Positions 20,056-30,130 of a DNA stretch of 64,000 nt are shown here, in pieces. This stretch comes from a bacterium (GTDB taxonomy: Bacteria; Bdellovibrionota; UBA2428), in assembly GCA_009991595.1 (NCBI GenBank), contig JAACVK010000026.1:25109-89108 (forward strand). The letters run 5' to 3'. Below the pieces are notes generated by a model. That model was not told the origin of the DNA. It saw only the letters and a program-made list of their open reading frames with translations, and made no database searches. Position numbers and translations under genes: made by a program. Positions within the stretch are counted from its first letter, which is position 1. Every line of letters begins with the position of its first letter.

Positions 20056-20520
20056 TTAATATTTAAATTTTAGTCGATAAATCGCATCGATTGCGTCTTG
20101 ATGGCTAATGTCGCCATTGGCAATCTGAATACAAAGATCTTGTTCCCAAGGATCCGTTTGTTCATACACTGTTCTATGTTGCGGCCATAAATTCAAATCG
20201 GAATTACTTCCCCCCATACAAAGAGGAATAAGGTGATCAATCTTAAACTCGCCATTTCCTCGACCAAGCTCATGGATAGAGTAACCAAACTCTCGATCGT
20301 AGCGATCAACAATCGCGTCTTTTCTGCCAGAACTTACGTTACGTCGACAAAAGGGAATGTTTCCAGGGTAGCGATGCCCATCGGGCCTCTCACACATGTG
20401 CCCCGGAGTTATCGAGACCTCTGGCATAAGAGGAAACATGTCCTGAGCAAGTGCCGCAAAAGAAAATAGGGATATAAAGAAAGCAAGTGTGGTGAAATGG
20501 AGTTGAACCTTCACTCGCAC
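20056..20520 (-). CDS. Secreted HNH-family nuclease (small)
   Basis: Signal peptide 'MRVKVQLHFTTLAFFISLFSFAALA'; 'DHLIPLCMGGSNSDLNLWPQH' has the H-N-H spacing with the GG turn. Confidence 0.5.
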   Translation of the reverse strand: MRVKVQLHFTTLAFFISLFSFAALAQDMFPLMPEVSITPGHMCERPDGHRYPGNIPFCRRNVSSGRKDAIVDRYDREFGYSIHELGRGNGEFKIDHLIPLCMGGSNSDLNLWPQHRTVYEQTDPWEQDLCIQIANGDISHQDAIDAIYRLKFKY

Positions 20521-20599
20521 AGAATAACGGACCTGTGAGAAAAATCAAAAACACGCGGGCTATTTCTGCAATGCTATGTGGCGAAGCGAGTCTGCAAAG

Positions 20600-20989
20600 C
20601 TATTGTTGATCACTGCGTATGGAAGTGACCGCATCAATTCCGCCACGCGTCGCATAGGTCATTTTGACTTCCAAGAACTCAGGCTTCAACAAGTTCACAA
20701 GATCCTTGTAGATGCGTGAAGTCGCCGGCTCCTGATAAATACCCACGTTTCGATAGCTCACAAAGTAATACTTTAGGGACTTCAACTCTACACAATGCTT
20801 GGCCGGGACATAAATCACCTCAACCGTGGCAATGTCGGGCAGGCCAGAGAATGGGCAGACAGCCGAGAACTCTTTGGTCACATAGCTAATCTTCTGTTTA
20901 GGGCCTTCGTAGGGAAAAGTCTCCATTATATCTGTTTTAATATGTTCATGAGATACAAATTCTAGAGTTAATCCTTCTGCTTTAGCCAC
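20600..20989 (-). CDS. queF: NADPH-dependent 7-cyano-7-deazaguanine reductase (type I QueF)
   Basis: 129 aa; 'FSAVCPFSGLPD' catalytic Cys region and 'ELKSLKYY' QueF motif. Confidence 0.85.
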   Translation of the reverse strand: MAKAEGLTLEFVSHEHIKTDIMETFPYEGPKQKISYVTKEFSAVCPFSGLPDIATVEVIYVPAKHCVELKSLKYYFVSYRNVGIYQEPATSRIYKDLVNLLKPEFLEVKMTYATRGGIDAVTSIRSDQQ

Positions 20990-20992
20990 AAC

Positions 20993-21667
20993 CTACAAAC
21001 CTCTTCCTTTGATAAATTCGCCATAACCCTTTTTTCTCAACTCACAAGAGGGACAGCTTCCACAGCCATAACCCCAGTTATGGAGCTCAGAGCGATCTCC
21101 TTGATAACAAGTGTGAGACTCTTTTATCACACTCTCCAAACAATCCATTTTTTCAGCAAGCTCAAAAGTTTGAGCCTTATTGAGTTTCATCAGCGGTGTA
21201 TGAATCGTCATTTTCATCTGAAGAGCTAGCTCCAAAGTCCCGGCCAAGTGATTTACAAAATCCTGTCTGCAATCAGGATAGCCACTATAATCTGTTTCAC
21301 AAACTCCAGTGACAAGATCAACAATTCCTCGAGGGGCTGCAAAAGCGGCGGCAGCACTTAAGAAAAACAAATTTCGCCCAGGAACAAAGGAAGAAGGCAG
21401 CCCTTGATAAGGACCAACCATTTCAAAACTTTGATTGTGATTAGTAAGCGAGTTCTCGCCCAATGCCGCTATAAAAGACATATCTACAGTCGTGTATGGA
21501 ACCTTCAAACGCTCGCAAAGCTTTTGAGCACACTCAAGCTCCACAAGATGTCTCTGAGCATAATCAAAGCCCATTGCATAAACTTGATCAAAGTTCCGCA
21601 AAGCCCAAAACAAACACGTTGTAGAATCTTGCCCGCCAGAGTGAAGCACAAGCGCGGACTTAGCCAC
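20993..21667 (-). CDS. queC: 7-cyano-7-deazaguanine synthase
   Basis: 'ALVLHSGGQDSTTCL' PP-loop; C-terminal Zn-binding 'CGSCPSC'. Confidence 0.9.
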   Translation of the reverse strand: MAKSALVLHSGGQDSTTCLFWALRNFDQVYAMGFDYAQRHLVELECAQKLCERLKVPYTTVDMSFIAALGENSLTNHNQSFEMVGPYQGLPSSFVPGRNLFFLSAAAAFAAPRGIVDLVTGVCETDYSGYPDCRQDFVNHLAGTLELALQMKMTIHTPLMKLNKAQTFELAEKMDCLESVIKESHTCYQGDRSELHNWGYGCGSCPSCELRKKGYGEFIKGRGL

Positions 21668-22052
21668 GGTAAAGAACCTTCATTCCCAAAGTTGGCCTGC
21701 GCAGCTCAACGGCCTCGACAAAACGAATCTTCTCTTTAAAGCGTTTAAAAAGAATCTTAACAAAATTCTCTGTGGTGGGTATTTCTAATCCCTCAATGTC
21801 GTTCAACATCCTGTGGTCGAATTCAGCAACAACCTCGGTCATCAAAACCTTGAGTGCGTCCATCTCGAGCAACACTCCCGAGGTCATTTCGACGGGTCCC
21901 TTTAAAAACAAAGAACCTTCATAACTATGGCCATGCAATCGGCGATTCGGGTGACCCTCGGGAAAGTTGGGCATAAAGTGCCCAACCTCCAAATGAAAGT
22001 CACAGCACATCTCAACGATATGGCTCATACACCCCTCGTCTTTGGACCCCAA
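21660..22052 (-). CDS. queD: 6-carboxy-5,6,7,8-tetrahydropterin synthase
   Basis: 130 aa; 'LHGHSY' and 'CxxH' QueD/PTPS motifs. Confidence 0.8.
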   Translation of the reverse strand: MGSKDEGCMSHIVEMCCDFHLEVGHFMPNFPEGHPNRRLHGHSYEGSLFLKGPVEMTSGVLLEMDALKVLMTEVVAEFDHRMLNDIEGLEIPTTENFVKILFKRFKEKIRFVEAVELRRPTLGMKVLYRG

Positions 22053-22681
22053 AGATATTTGTGGAGTTGTAGCTGTAGACGCATGGTTAATCCGCTGTCC
22101 TTAATCCACTCAGCCACTAAGGCAGGCTCGAGGGCTCCATGAACTGGAGAAATCAGAACTTCAAATCGACCTAATAATTTATTGTCCAAACAAACTTGTA
22201 TGGCATATTCAAAATCAGCCAGGTCTTTAACCACAAATTTAACTTCATCAATGCCAGGTTTAAGTCGCTCTAGATTGCTCCACATATTTTTCTTAGCTTC
22301 ACCCGAGCCTGGAGCTTTTACGTCCATGACAATTTTCACAGAATCAGGAACTCGCTCAACACTCAAAGCACCGCTAGTTTCAAGGAGCAACTCAAACCCT
22401 TCGGCCTCTAAGCGTTCTAAAAGAGCAATACAGCCCTCTTGAGCTAAAGGCTCTCCTCCTGTGAGTTCAATCAACTTACACGGAAAGGCTTTTACACTTT
22501 CAATAATTTCATCAAGAGACATTTTCTTTCCCTCATGAAATGCGTATTCAGTGTCACACCAGCTGCAACGAAGAGGACATCCCTGAAGGCGAACAAAAAT
22601 GCAGGGCAAGCCAGCGCGGGTGGATTCACCTTGAATACTAAAAAAAATCTCATTAATGGCGAGAAACCCATTTTGACTCAT
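22025..22681 (-). CDS. queE: 7-carboxy-7-deazaguanine synthase (radical SAM)
   Basis: 'IFFSIQGESTRAGLPCIFVRLQGCPLRCSWCDT' QueE cluster motif. Confidence 0.85.
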   Translation of the reverse strand: MSQNGFLAINEIFFSIQGESTRAGLPCIFVRLQGCPLRCSWCDTEYAFHEGKKMSLDEIIESVKAFPCKLIELTGGEPLAQEGCIALLERLEAEGFELLLETSGALSVERVPDSVKIVMDVKAPGSGEAKKNMWSNLERLKPGIDEVKFVVKDLADFEYAIQVCLDNKLLGRFEVLISPVHGALEPALVAEWIKDSGLTMRLQLQLHKYLWGPKTRGV

Positions 22682-22695
22682 TGCTGACTCAATGA

Positions 22696-22722
22696 GCTAT
22701 AAGCTTTTAAAATCCTTGTCAA
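22696..22722 (-). promoter_or_regulatory. Candidate sigma70-type promoter for the queE-D-C-F operon (TTGACA, 15-nt spacer, TATAGC), about 20 nt upstream of queE
   Basis: Minus-strand reading 'cTTGACAaggattttaaaagctTATAGCtcattgagtcagcaATG'. Confidence 0.3.
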
Positions 22723-22755
22723 AGACGGAGTCCTTACCTTATTTTCTAACGAATC

Positions 22756-24399
22756 GTGGCATCGAAAATTACATCTAGTTCAACTGCTGAATATTTCTCA
22801 AAAAACCTCCAACAAGTGGGCTTTTCCTCTGGCACCAAGGCGGTTTTAACAACCCTCAAGGAAGCTGTCGACAACTCCCTGGACGCTTGCGAAGATGCGG
22901 GCATTCTTCCAAACATATCTATTGAAATCAATAAGATAGGCCCTGGAACCATGAAAAACATGGACACCATTCAGGTCAAAGTCATCGACAATGGCCCAGG
23001 CATTGCCCCAGACGATATTATTCGGGTTTATGGCGAATATCTGGCCAGTTCCAAGTTTGGAAGGGGTCGATGCTCCCGTGGCCAGCAAGGAATCGGTATA
23101 TCAGCGGCCACTACCTGGGGCCAATTAACTTCTGCAAAAGGAGTTAATGTCATCTCAAAGACCCTAAAAATGAAAAAAGCCATCTCTGGGACCATCGAGG
23201 TGGACATTAAAAAGAACCAGGGAAACTTCAAGAACAAAGAAACTATTCAGTGGGACCGTCCTCATGGCACAAGCGTAGAGTTTTTCTTTGATGGACGACT
23301 TCAACTCCAAGGCGAAGGTGGAGTGCTCACCTATTTAAAGGGCACAAGCCTCGTCAATCCTCACCTGGAGCTTAAATACAAGATTAATGAGGACGAAGAA
23401 GTCTTCTTTGAGAGACTCAGCACAGAAAAGATAAAAATACCTGAAGCGGTCCCCCCCCACCCCCACACGCTCAAGCTAGGGGAGTTTCTAGCGCATGCTC
23501 ATTTATTCGGACAAAGCACCGTGGCCACCTTCTTAAAGCGCGGCTTTTCTAGAATTAGCGACAACACAATCAAACTATTAGAAAAATCAGGAATGCCCAA
23601 AGGCATTGCCAACAGGTCTCTTCCCAAAACTTCCGACTCCGACCTTAAAAAAGTTTATTCAGCCATTCAAAAAACAGAACTTTTAGCTCCTAATACGCGA
23701 TCTGTTTTGTCGATTGGCGAAGCCGCTTTAGCAAAAAGCATTGAGCGGCTTGGTGAAATTGACTTTTTTAGCGTGGTTTCAAGAAAGCCACGCATTTGTG
23801 ATGCAAAACCCGTGGTCGTTGAAGTCGCCATCGCCCGATTTGTTTCCAACAAAGGAGACAACGACGACCCAGTTACGGTTTTGCGTTTCGCCAACCGGGT
23901 GCCTCTTCAGTTTGATAAAGCCAGTTGCGCCATCGCAAAGGCAATTGAGTCTGTAAACTGGAAAGCTTATGGATTGCAGCAGCCCAAAAGATCTCTCCCC
24001 CTAGGCCCCTACATTATAGCGGTGAGTGTGGTTTCTCCTTTTATTAAATTTAAGAACGCCTCTAAAGAAACCATCGATTCAAGCGATGAGCTTGTCGAAG
24101 AACTTCGACTCACCCTTATGCAGGCCGGGCAAAGACTCTCTCGTTACATCAAGAAAGAACAACGAGCGGCTGATTTAGAAAGAAAACTTCAACACATTGA
24201 ACAATTCGGGCCCATCCTTATTCAATGTCTTGGTCGCATCACTAGCGCCCCTAAGGCTAGACTAGAAAAAGCAAATATAGGACTCACTAAACTGCTCGGC
24301 CGCGACACAGATGCCGCCGAATCCAAACTGCAAGACGCTGTCGACAAGCATCAGAAACTTCAGGAACGAATCAAAATACGAAGAGGGGCCAAGGATTAA
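22756..24399 (+). CDS. top6B: DNA topoisomerase VI subunit B (type IIB topoisomerase ATPase subunit)
   Basis: N-terminus 'AEYFSKNLQQVGFSSGTKAVLTTLKEAVDNSLDACEDAGILPNISIEI' is near-collinear with archaeal Top6B ('PAEFFKRNPELAGF...RELIENSLDA...GILPNIKITI'); Bergerat/GHKL fold motifs 'VIDNGPGI' and 'GQQGIGISAA'; 547 aa like archaeal Top6B; GTG start. Confidence 0.8.
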   Translation: MASKITSSSTAEYFSKNLQQVGFSSGTKAVLTTLKEAVDNSLDACEDAGILPNISIEINKIGPGTMKNMDTIQVKVIDNGPGIAPDDIIRVYGEYLASSKFGRGRCSRGQQGIGISAATTWGQLTSAKGVNVISKTLKMKKAISGTIEVDIKKNQGNFKNKETIQWDRPHGTSVEFFFDGRLQLQGEGGVLTYLKGTSLVNPHLELKYKINEDEEVFFERLSTEKIKIPEAVPPHPHTLKLGEFLAHAHLFGQSTVATFLKRGFSRISDNTIKLLEKSGMPKGIANRSLPKTSDSDLKKVYSAIQKTELLAPNTRSVLSIGEAALAKSIERLGEIDFFSVVSRKPRICDAKPVVVEVAIARFVSNKGDNDDPVTVLRFANRVPLQFDKASCAIAKAIESVNWKAYGLQQPKRSLPLGPYIIAVSVVSPFIKFKNASKETIDSSDELVEELRLTLMQAGQRLSRYIKKEQRAADLERKLQHIEQFGPILIQCLGRITSAPKARLEKANIGLTKLLGRDTDAAESKLQDAVDKHQKLQERIKIRRGAKD

Positions 24400-25578
24400 A
24401 TGGCAACATCTAGAAAATCAACCAGTATAAAAATTGGGAACAACCGCGATATTCCAAAACTATCTAAAGCATTATGCGAAAGAATGTTAGCTGATCTTGA
24501 AAAAGCTCGTCGGCCTATGCTCGAAGCAACCAAATGCTCATTGGACAATGCTGTCTACAACCCAAAAGTGGGTTTTCTTACTCCTGGAGACAAAAAAGTT
24601 CGTTCCGAGTTAAACGTTTCCAGCGTTCAAAAGCTTTCTAGAGCCATATTCTTTTTAGAGATTCTCCTTCGCAATCTAGAAACAGGTGCAGTTAACAACA
24701 AACGTGAGCTTTACTATATTGCCAAAGGTGAATGTAAACACAACAAAGACCTAAAGCCGCTCGACTTTGCTGACCAATCAGAGAGTGACTCTGTGGTCGA
24801 TTTCATCACGGAAATGTTGGAATGCTACCGGGAAGAGTTAAACGTTTTTGCCAACGACCGAGGCGGCCAAACTTACAGTAAGAATTTAATCGTTACCGAG
24901 CACATGGCTGATAACGAAAAAGCAGTCGTTGATTTAGGCAGCCTAGGAACAAGCCCTTTCCAACCAAAGAACAAACCTCAAAGCTTCACACTCAAGGCCA
25001 AAAAAGGGAAACTCGATTTTTGTCTTGTTGTAGAGTCGGAAGGCACAGCCAACACTCTTGTCAGCAATGGTTTCACCAAAAGAAACAACTGCATTCTTAT
25101 GGGCGCTCAAGGTGTTCCTTCTAACGCGGTAAGAAGTTGGGCAAAAACCATTCAAGACCAATTAAAAATACCCATCTATTTCTTTGGCGATCTGGACGCC
25201 TACACAATTCAAAACATTTACAGAACTCTAAAAGCAGGCTCTGCCGCTAGCTTAATCAGAAACGCAGACTTTAGCGCCCCTGAAGTTCGCTTCCTTGGAG
25301 TTCTTCCAGAAGACATTAAAAAATACGATCTTGCCGATTATGTAGTGAACCCAAAAGACGCTGCGGAATTTAGATCTCTCAAAAAAGCACAAGATGCACT
25401 CAAAAATGACCCGTTCTTTAAAGACAAAAAGAACAAAGGCGTCACACACGTCTTAAATTGGCTCATAAAGAACAAGCGGCGTTGCGAGCAACAAGCTTTC
25501 TTCATGGTCGACCCAAAAGATCCGCTTATGCCTGAGAAGATCATCATTGATAAAATCAAGCGCGGTGAGTTTCTCTAA
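24400..25578 (+). CDS. top6A: DNA topoisomerase VI subunit A (Spo11-like catalytic subunit)
   Basis: Catalytic-Tyr motif 'KRELYYIAKGE' (cf. 'REIYY'); Toprim acidic residues 'VVESEG' and 'FFGDLDAY'; starts 1 nt after the top6B stop; 392 aa. Confidence 0.8.
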   Translation: MATSRKSTSIKIGNNRDIPKLSKALCERMLADLEKARRPMLEATKCSLDNAVYNPKVGFLTPGDKKVRSELNVSSVQKLSRAIFFLEILLRNLETGAVNNKRELYYIAKGECKHNKDLKPLDFADQSESDSVVDFITEMLECYREELNVFANDRGGQTYSKNLIVTEHMADNEKAVVDLGSLGTSPFQPKNKPQSFTLKAKKGKLDFCLVVESEGTANTLVSNGFTKRNNCILMGAQGVPSNAVRSWAKTIQDQLKIPIYFFGDLDAYTIQNIYRTLKAGSAASLIRNADFSAPEVRFLGVLPEDIKKYDLADYVVNPKDAAEFRSLKKAQDALKNDPFFKDKKNKGVTHVLNWLIKNKRRCEQQAFFMVDPKDPLMPEKIIIDKIKRGEFL

Positions 25579-25641
25579 AGCGCAAATCGCCAAAACCCCA
25601 TAAAACTCAACAGGAAAACGTGGCCTTGCGCCGCGTCACAA

Positions 25642-27090
25642 TTGTGCTATACAACCCCCATGCTTAGGATAGTCCTCTTAGCCCAGCTTGTTCTCTGCAT
25701 GCCCCTTTGGGCACAAGAAAGCAAATGGCTCCCAGTTGCCGTATCCTTGAGCCAACCCAATTCTCGCTTGAGCTTTAAACAACGTGACCTGTTCCAATCC
25801 GAGCTTAAGTATTTTGATTTAAGGCTCCTTCTCGACTCTGGCACTCTCTTCAATTTCCTGAAGAACCCCAAAGGAAACTCCCTATCCAAGGAATCAAAAA
25901 AGGCTTTTCAATTCACACTAAGCTCTCCGGATGCAAAACATGTGATTCAAGCAAAAGTGCTTCAGATTAAAGACTGGATTGAAATTCAATATGGAACTGC
26001 CCTTCTTCATATCGATGCTCTCATTCAAATTCAAACCGAGAGCTCCAAAGCAAACTATGTTGTTCGCTTTGATGGGCACTCCATGCAATGGTTTGAAGAG
26101 AAAAGCCCGGACTGGGCAAAGGATGTTTTTCCGATTCGCGAAGAAATCATTACCTATCCCAGCAGATCGCTCTCCCATTTAATTTATTCTGGGTTGAACG
26201 GTTCCCTCAAGACTCTCTCTCTAGAGGACGACTTTTTCAACAAGACGCAAGCAGCCCCTGACACCCTATCCATTTATGGACATGGATGGATTAGTGAAAA
26301 AACAAACACTGCTGTTGATCTACATTTTTACACTCCGGAAGACATTGCATTAAAGTTCACTCAAACAATCAGTTATCTTTCTGACAACATTTATGAACTA
26401 GACCTAGAGAACTTTAAGATACAGAGGAAGAAAAAACCTAGTATCGTATCACCCCCTGAAGATATGCTTTCTCCGGGCTTTCACATGAACAGCTGGGGAG
26501 AAGCGCGTGCAATGGCTTTCAAAAGAAGACACAATGCTGAAGAAGCTGCTCGTCGAATTAAAATTCTTTGGCAGAGCCTTAGAAACAACCTCAAGCAAGA
26601 CCCACTAAACCTTTTTCAAAACATTGAGGTGATTATCATTTCCCCAAAAGAATGGGCTCAAAAAGGTGGCTTTCCAGAAGAAACCGCCAAAGTTGAATAT
26701 GACGAAGAATCTCGTAGCATCACTCTAAAGCTTCGCTCCTTCTACAATGACGAAGGAGCGCCAGCCATCCCTCAATCAACATTGAACCAGATAGATCTGT
26801 TATTGAGGGCAAAACCTGGCCTCTTCCATATTTTCTCTGATCGAGTGCGAGCAAAAAAAGGCTTCATAGCTATGGAGTCTGCATTGAATACGGAACTCGC
26901 TGCAGTGAACGACATTATGACACACAAAACTGGGGCTTTATCCGGAATGCACAAGGAAGTAGAAGCTCTTTATGCGAAGGCTTTCGAACTCACACATATC
27001 CTGGGAAACAAGGATTACTGTGAAAACGAACTTTTTGAGTCCAGCCTCAAACACAAGAACTGGGGCGGAGTTCCCAACCCCTACAACTAA
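25642..27090 (+). CDS. Hypothetical secreted protein
   Basis: 482 aa, signal peptide '[19 protein letters not shown]', no recognisable domain. Confidence 0.45.
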   Translation: MCYTTPMLRIVLLAQLVLCMPLWAQESKWLPVAVSLSQPNSRLSFKQRDLFQSELKYFDLRLLLDSGTLFNFLKNPKGNSLSKESKKAFQFTLSSPDAKHVIQAKVLQIKDWIEIQYGTALLHIDALIQIQTESSKANYVVRFDGHSMQWFEEKSPDWAKDVFPIREEIITYPSRSLSHLIYSGLNGSLKTLSLEDDFFNKTQAAPDTLSIYGHGWISEKTNTAVDLHFYTPEDIALKFTQTISYLSDNIYELDLENFKIQRKKKPSIVSPPEDMLSPGFHMNSWGEARAMAFKRRHNAEEAARRIKILWQSLRNNLKQDPLNLFQNIEVIIISPKEWAQKGGFPEETAKVEYDEESRSITLKLRSFYNDEGAPAIPQSTLNQIDLLLRAKPGLFHIFSDRVRAKKGFIAMESALNTELAAVNDIMTHKTGALSGMHKEVEALYAKAFELTHILGNKDYCENELFESSLKHKNWGGVPNPYN

Positions 27091-28766
27091 GGCTGAGCGC
27101 TTAATCTTCTATATTTGATTCTATGAATCTCATCAGCCTTAGGCCCTAGGCGTCTGCGACGATCTTCCTCATAGCTCTGAAAATTTCCTTCAAACCAAAC
27201 TACTTTACTGTCGCCCTCAAAGGCCAAAATGTGCGTTGCAATTCTATCTAAAAACCAGCGATCGTGACTAATCACTACCGCACAACCTGCAAAATCAAGA
27301 AGCCCTTCTTCTAGGGCTCTTAAAGTTTCTACGTCCAAATCGTTTGTCGGCTCATCCAGTAGAATAGTATTCGCCCCAGACTTTAAAACCTTCGCTAAAT
27401 GCACACGGTTTCTCTGGCCACCACTTAGGTTACCAACTTTTTGTTGCTGATCCGTGCCAGTAAAGTTAAAACGCGCAACGTAAGCCCGAGCCGGAATCTC
27501 TTGATTACCGAGCATTACATGCTCGTTGCCACCGCTAACTTCTTCAAACAACGTTTTACTGTCATCCAAACTATCGCGACTTTGATCTACGTAACCTAAC
27601 TTTACCGTATCTCCTACTTTGAAAGTTCCTTCATCGGGCTGTTCTTGGCCTGTTATCAACTTAAACAAAGTGGTCTTACCCGCACCGTTGGGCCCGATCA
27701 CTCCAACAATTCCACCTCGTGGAAGATTAAATTCCAAATTCTCAAATAACAATTTATCGCCGTAAGATTTCTTTACTCCCTTAGCTTCAATCACCATTTC
27801 ACCTAAACGAGGTCCAGCAGGAATGTAAATTTCCAAATCCCTAACCTTGTCGCCATTGCTCTCGCTTACAAGTTTTTCATAAGAAGTGATACGAGCTTTT
27901 GATTTCGATTGCCTTCCTTTAGGGGACTGTCGAATCCAATCGAGCTCTCGGGCCAAAGCTTTTTGGCGCTTTGATTCGTGCTTTTCTTTTTCCTGCAGAC
28001 GAGCTTGTTTTTGCTCAAGCCAAGAGGAGTAGTTACCCTGCCAAGGAATCCCTTCTCCATTGTTAAGTTCAAGCACCCAGCCCACAACATTATCGAGGAA
28101 GTATCGGTCGTGAGTTACGAGGACAACCGACTTAGGGTATTCGCGGAGATGTCGCTCTAACCAAGCCACGGATTCAGCGTCTAAATGGTTGGTGGGCTCA
28201 TCCAATAATAACAAATCTGGTTTGCTTAGAAGCAAACGACACAAAGCCACTCGACGCTTTTCTCCACCGGAAAGATTCTCTACAGAAGAATCTGGCGGAG
28301 GGCAGCGAAGCGCGTCCATAGCGACCTCTAAAGTGTGATCCAATTCCCAAGCTCCAGCCGCTTCGATTTTATCTTGAAGCTCCGCCTGACGACCCAACAG
28401 CTTCTCCATTTGCTCGGGAGTCATTTCCTCAGCAAACTTAGCTGAGATTTCTTCAAATTCTTTAAGAAGATTTACAGTGGCCTGCACACCTTCCATCACG
28501 TTTTCTTTTACTGTTTTTGTGGGATCTAGTTGTGGTTCCTGCGAAAGATAACCAACCGTCTTCCCTTCGGCAATAAAGGCTTCTCCCTGATACTCTTTAT
28601 CTGTGCCCGCCATGATTCGAAGCAGAGTTGATTTACCGGAACCATTGCTACCGATGATGCCAATTTTAGCGTCATCAAAAAATGAGAGATAAATGTTATT
28701 TAAAACTTTTTTCTCTGGGGGATAAACTTTGGTGAGACCTTTAAGCGTGTATACAATTTGTGGCAT
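27087..28766 (-). CDS. ettA: ABC-F family ATPase EttA (energy-dependent translational throttle)
   Basis: 559 aa; two ABC domains; N-terminus '[50 protein letters not shown]' matches EttA/YjjK. Confidence 0.85.
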   Translation of the reverse strand: MPQIVYTLKGLTKVYPPEKKVLNNIYLSFFDDAKIGIIGSNGSGKSTLLRIMAGTDKEYQGEAFIAEGKTVGYLSQEPQLDPTKTVKENVMEGVQATVNLLKEFEEISAKFAEEMTPEQMEKLLGRQAELQDKIEAAGAWELDHTLEVAMDALRCPPPDSSVENLSGGEKRRVALCRLLLSKPDLLLLDEPTNHLDAESVAWLERHLREYPKSVVLVTHDRYFLDNVVGWVLELNNGEGIPWQGNYSSWLEQKQARLQEKEKHESKRQKALARELDWIRQSPKGRQSKSKARITSYEKLVSESNGDKVRDLEIYIPAGPRLGEMVIEAKGVKKSYGDKLLFENLEFNLPRGGIVGVIGPNGAGKTTLFKLITGQEQPDEGTFKVGDTVKLGYVDQSRDSLDDSKTLFEEVSGGNEHVMLGNQEIPARAYVARFNFTGTDQQQKVGNLSGGQRNRVHLAKVLKSGANTILLDEPTNDLDVETLRALEEGLLDFAGCAVVISHDRWFLDRIATHILAFEGDSKVVWFEGNFQSYEEDRRRRLGPKADEIHRIKYRRLSAQP

Positions 28767-28795
28767 AGGCGATAAAGCCTAGCAGCCCCCCAGCC

Positions 28796-29467
28796 CTAGT
28801 GTAAAGCCTCGGTATGAGCGTTGACTGCTTCCACAAGCGCCTCTCCAAAACGTGGCCAAATAGCGTCAATCCCCACCTTGTCCTCAATCTCCAAGGTGAT
28901 TGTAGGAACCTTACATTGCTCCCAAGCCCAGCGGCCAAAGGAACCAGGTGTTTCATAGCCCATATCATTGGTAATGGGATAGCCGGTCAATCTCGCCAAG
29001 ACTTCAGCGGCAACCCCGCAATCTCCATTCACATTCACCATGGGTTGATAGTTATGAAGCGAAATAATCAGGCTGGGTCTAATTTGCTCCACTAATCGAC
29101 AAATATTTTGAGTTTCCAACTCGCTACCGGCATGAGGGCCTGGGTGATAACGTGAGGCGCGTATTTCAGAACTCCAATCAGAGCTAGGAAAGTTTCTATT
29201 CAAATCAACCCCATTGGCGTTCACTCTTTGAGACAAAGCCACACCGTCCGGGTTACTCGTTGGGAGAATCGACCAGAACGCATCTTGATGAAACTTTTCA
29301 AAATATTTCTCTTTCAAAAAACGCTCTAGTAATTGAACCCCTTCGGGCTCATCGCCATGAACGCCGGCCTTGATGAGGACCCTAGAACGAAAGCTTCCGA
29401 CTCTGGCCGAAGAATAGAGTTCAATGGCCCTCCCCTCAACCGTCTTTGATAGGACTTGATGTTTCAT
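28796..29467 (-). CDS. M14 family zinc carboxypeptidase, MpaA / gamma-D-Glu-mDAP peptidase-like
   Basis: 'GVHGDEPEG' (HxxE zinc ligands), 'DLNRNF', 'SLHNY' third His. Confidence 0.6.
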   Translation of the reverse strand: MKHQVLSKTVEGRAIELYSSARVGSFRSRVLIKAGVHGDEPEGVQLLERFLKEKYFEKFHQDAFWSILPTSNPDGVALSQRVNANGVDLNRNFPSSDWSSEIRASRYHPGPHAGSELETQNICRLVEQIRPSLIISLHNYQPMVNVNGDCGVAAEVLARLTGYPITNDMGYETPGSFGRWAWEQCKVPTITLEIEDKVGIDAIWPRFGEALVEAVNAHTEALH

Positions 29468-30060
29468 AATTTAAACTTCTCCCCGAGTTGAGTAACTTTT
29501 TTATACCGATGACAATCCACAAAATGATCATTCACCATTCCAGTCGCTTGCATATAGGCATACATAATAGTTGAACCAACAAAATTAAAACCACGTTTCT
29601 TTAAATCCTTACTAAAGGCATCTGAAAGCTCGGTTCTAGCCGCAATATCTTTGCGTGATCTCAAATGATTTTGCTTAGGTTTCCCACCGACAAGGGCCCA
29701 TTGGTAGGCAGAAAATCCCCCAAACTCATCTTGCACACGAAGAAAGGCCTTTGCATTTTGAACGGCTGAGTTAACCTTTAGCTTGTTGCGAATGATTCCC
29801 TCATTCTTCAAGAGAGATTCAATTTTGCGTTTGTTAAAACGAGACACTCTCTCGATATCAAAGCCATCAAAGGCCTCTCGATAGTTCTCGCGTTTCTTAA
29901 GCACAGTCAGCCAACTCAAGCCTGCCTGAGCCCCTTCTAAAATCAAATACTCAAAAAGAGTCTGTTCATCCTTAACAGGAACGCCCCACTCTTTGTCGTG
30001 ATAATCACAATACAAAGGAAGCTCTCCACACCAAAAACATCTTTTCAAAGGCTTAACCAC
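29464..30060 (-). CDS. tag: DNA-3-methyladenine glycosylase I
   Basis: 'RCFWCGELPLYCDYHDKEWGVP' Tag zinc-snap motif; 198 aa. Confidence 0.85.
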   Translation of the reverse strand: MVKPLKRCFWCGELPLYCDYHDKEWGVPVKDEQTLFEYLILEGAQAGLSWLTVLKKRENYREAFDGFDIERVSRFNKRKIESLLKNEGIIRNKLKVNSAVQNAKAFLRVQDEFGGFSAYQWALVGGKPKQNHLRSRKDIAARTELSDAFSKDLKKRGFNFVGSTIMYAYMQATGMVNDHFVDCHRYKKVTQLGEKFKL

Positions 30061-30130
30061 TCACACAAATCTATCAGGTCAAAACAGAGCTTGGCTAGCG
30101 CTAGGGGCTCTGGCATGTATAAAGTTAGCA

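Noticed and set aside
22682-22755. Looked for a preQ1 riboswitch upstream of the queE-D-C-F operon
   Set aside because: Only about 25 nt separate the candidate -10 from the queE ATG and no preQ1-I/II aptamer consensus is present. There is only a plausible sigma70 promoter.
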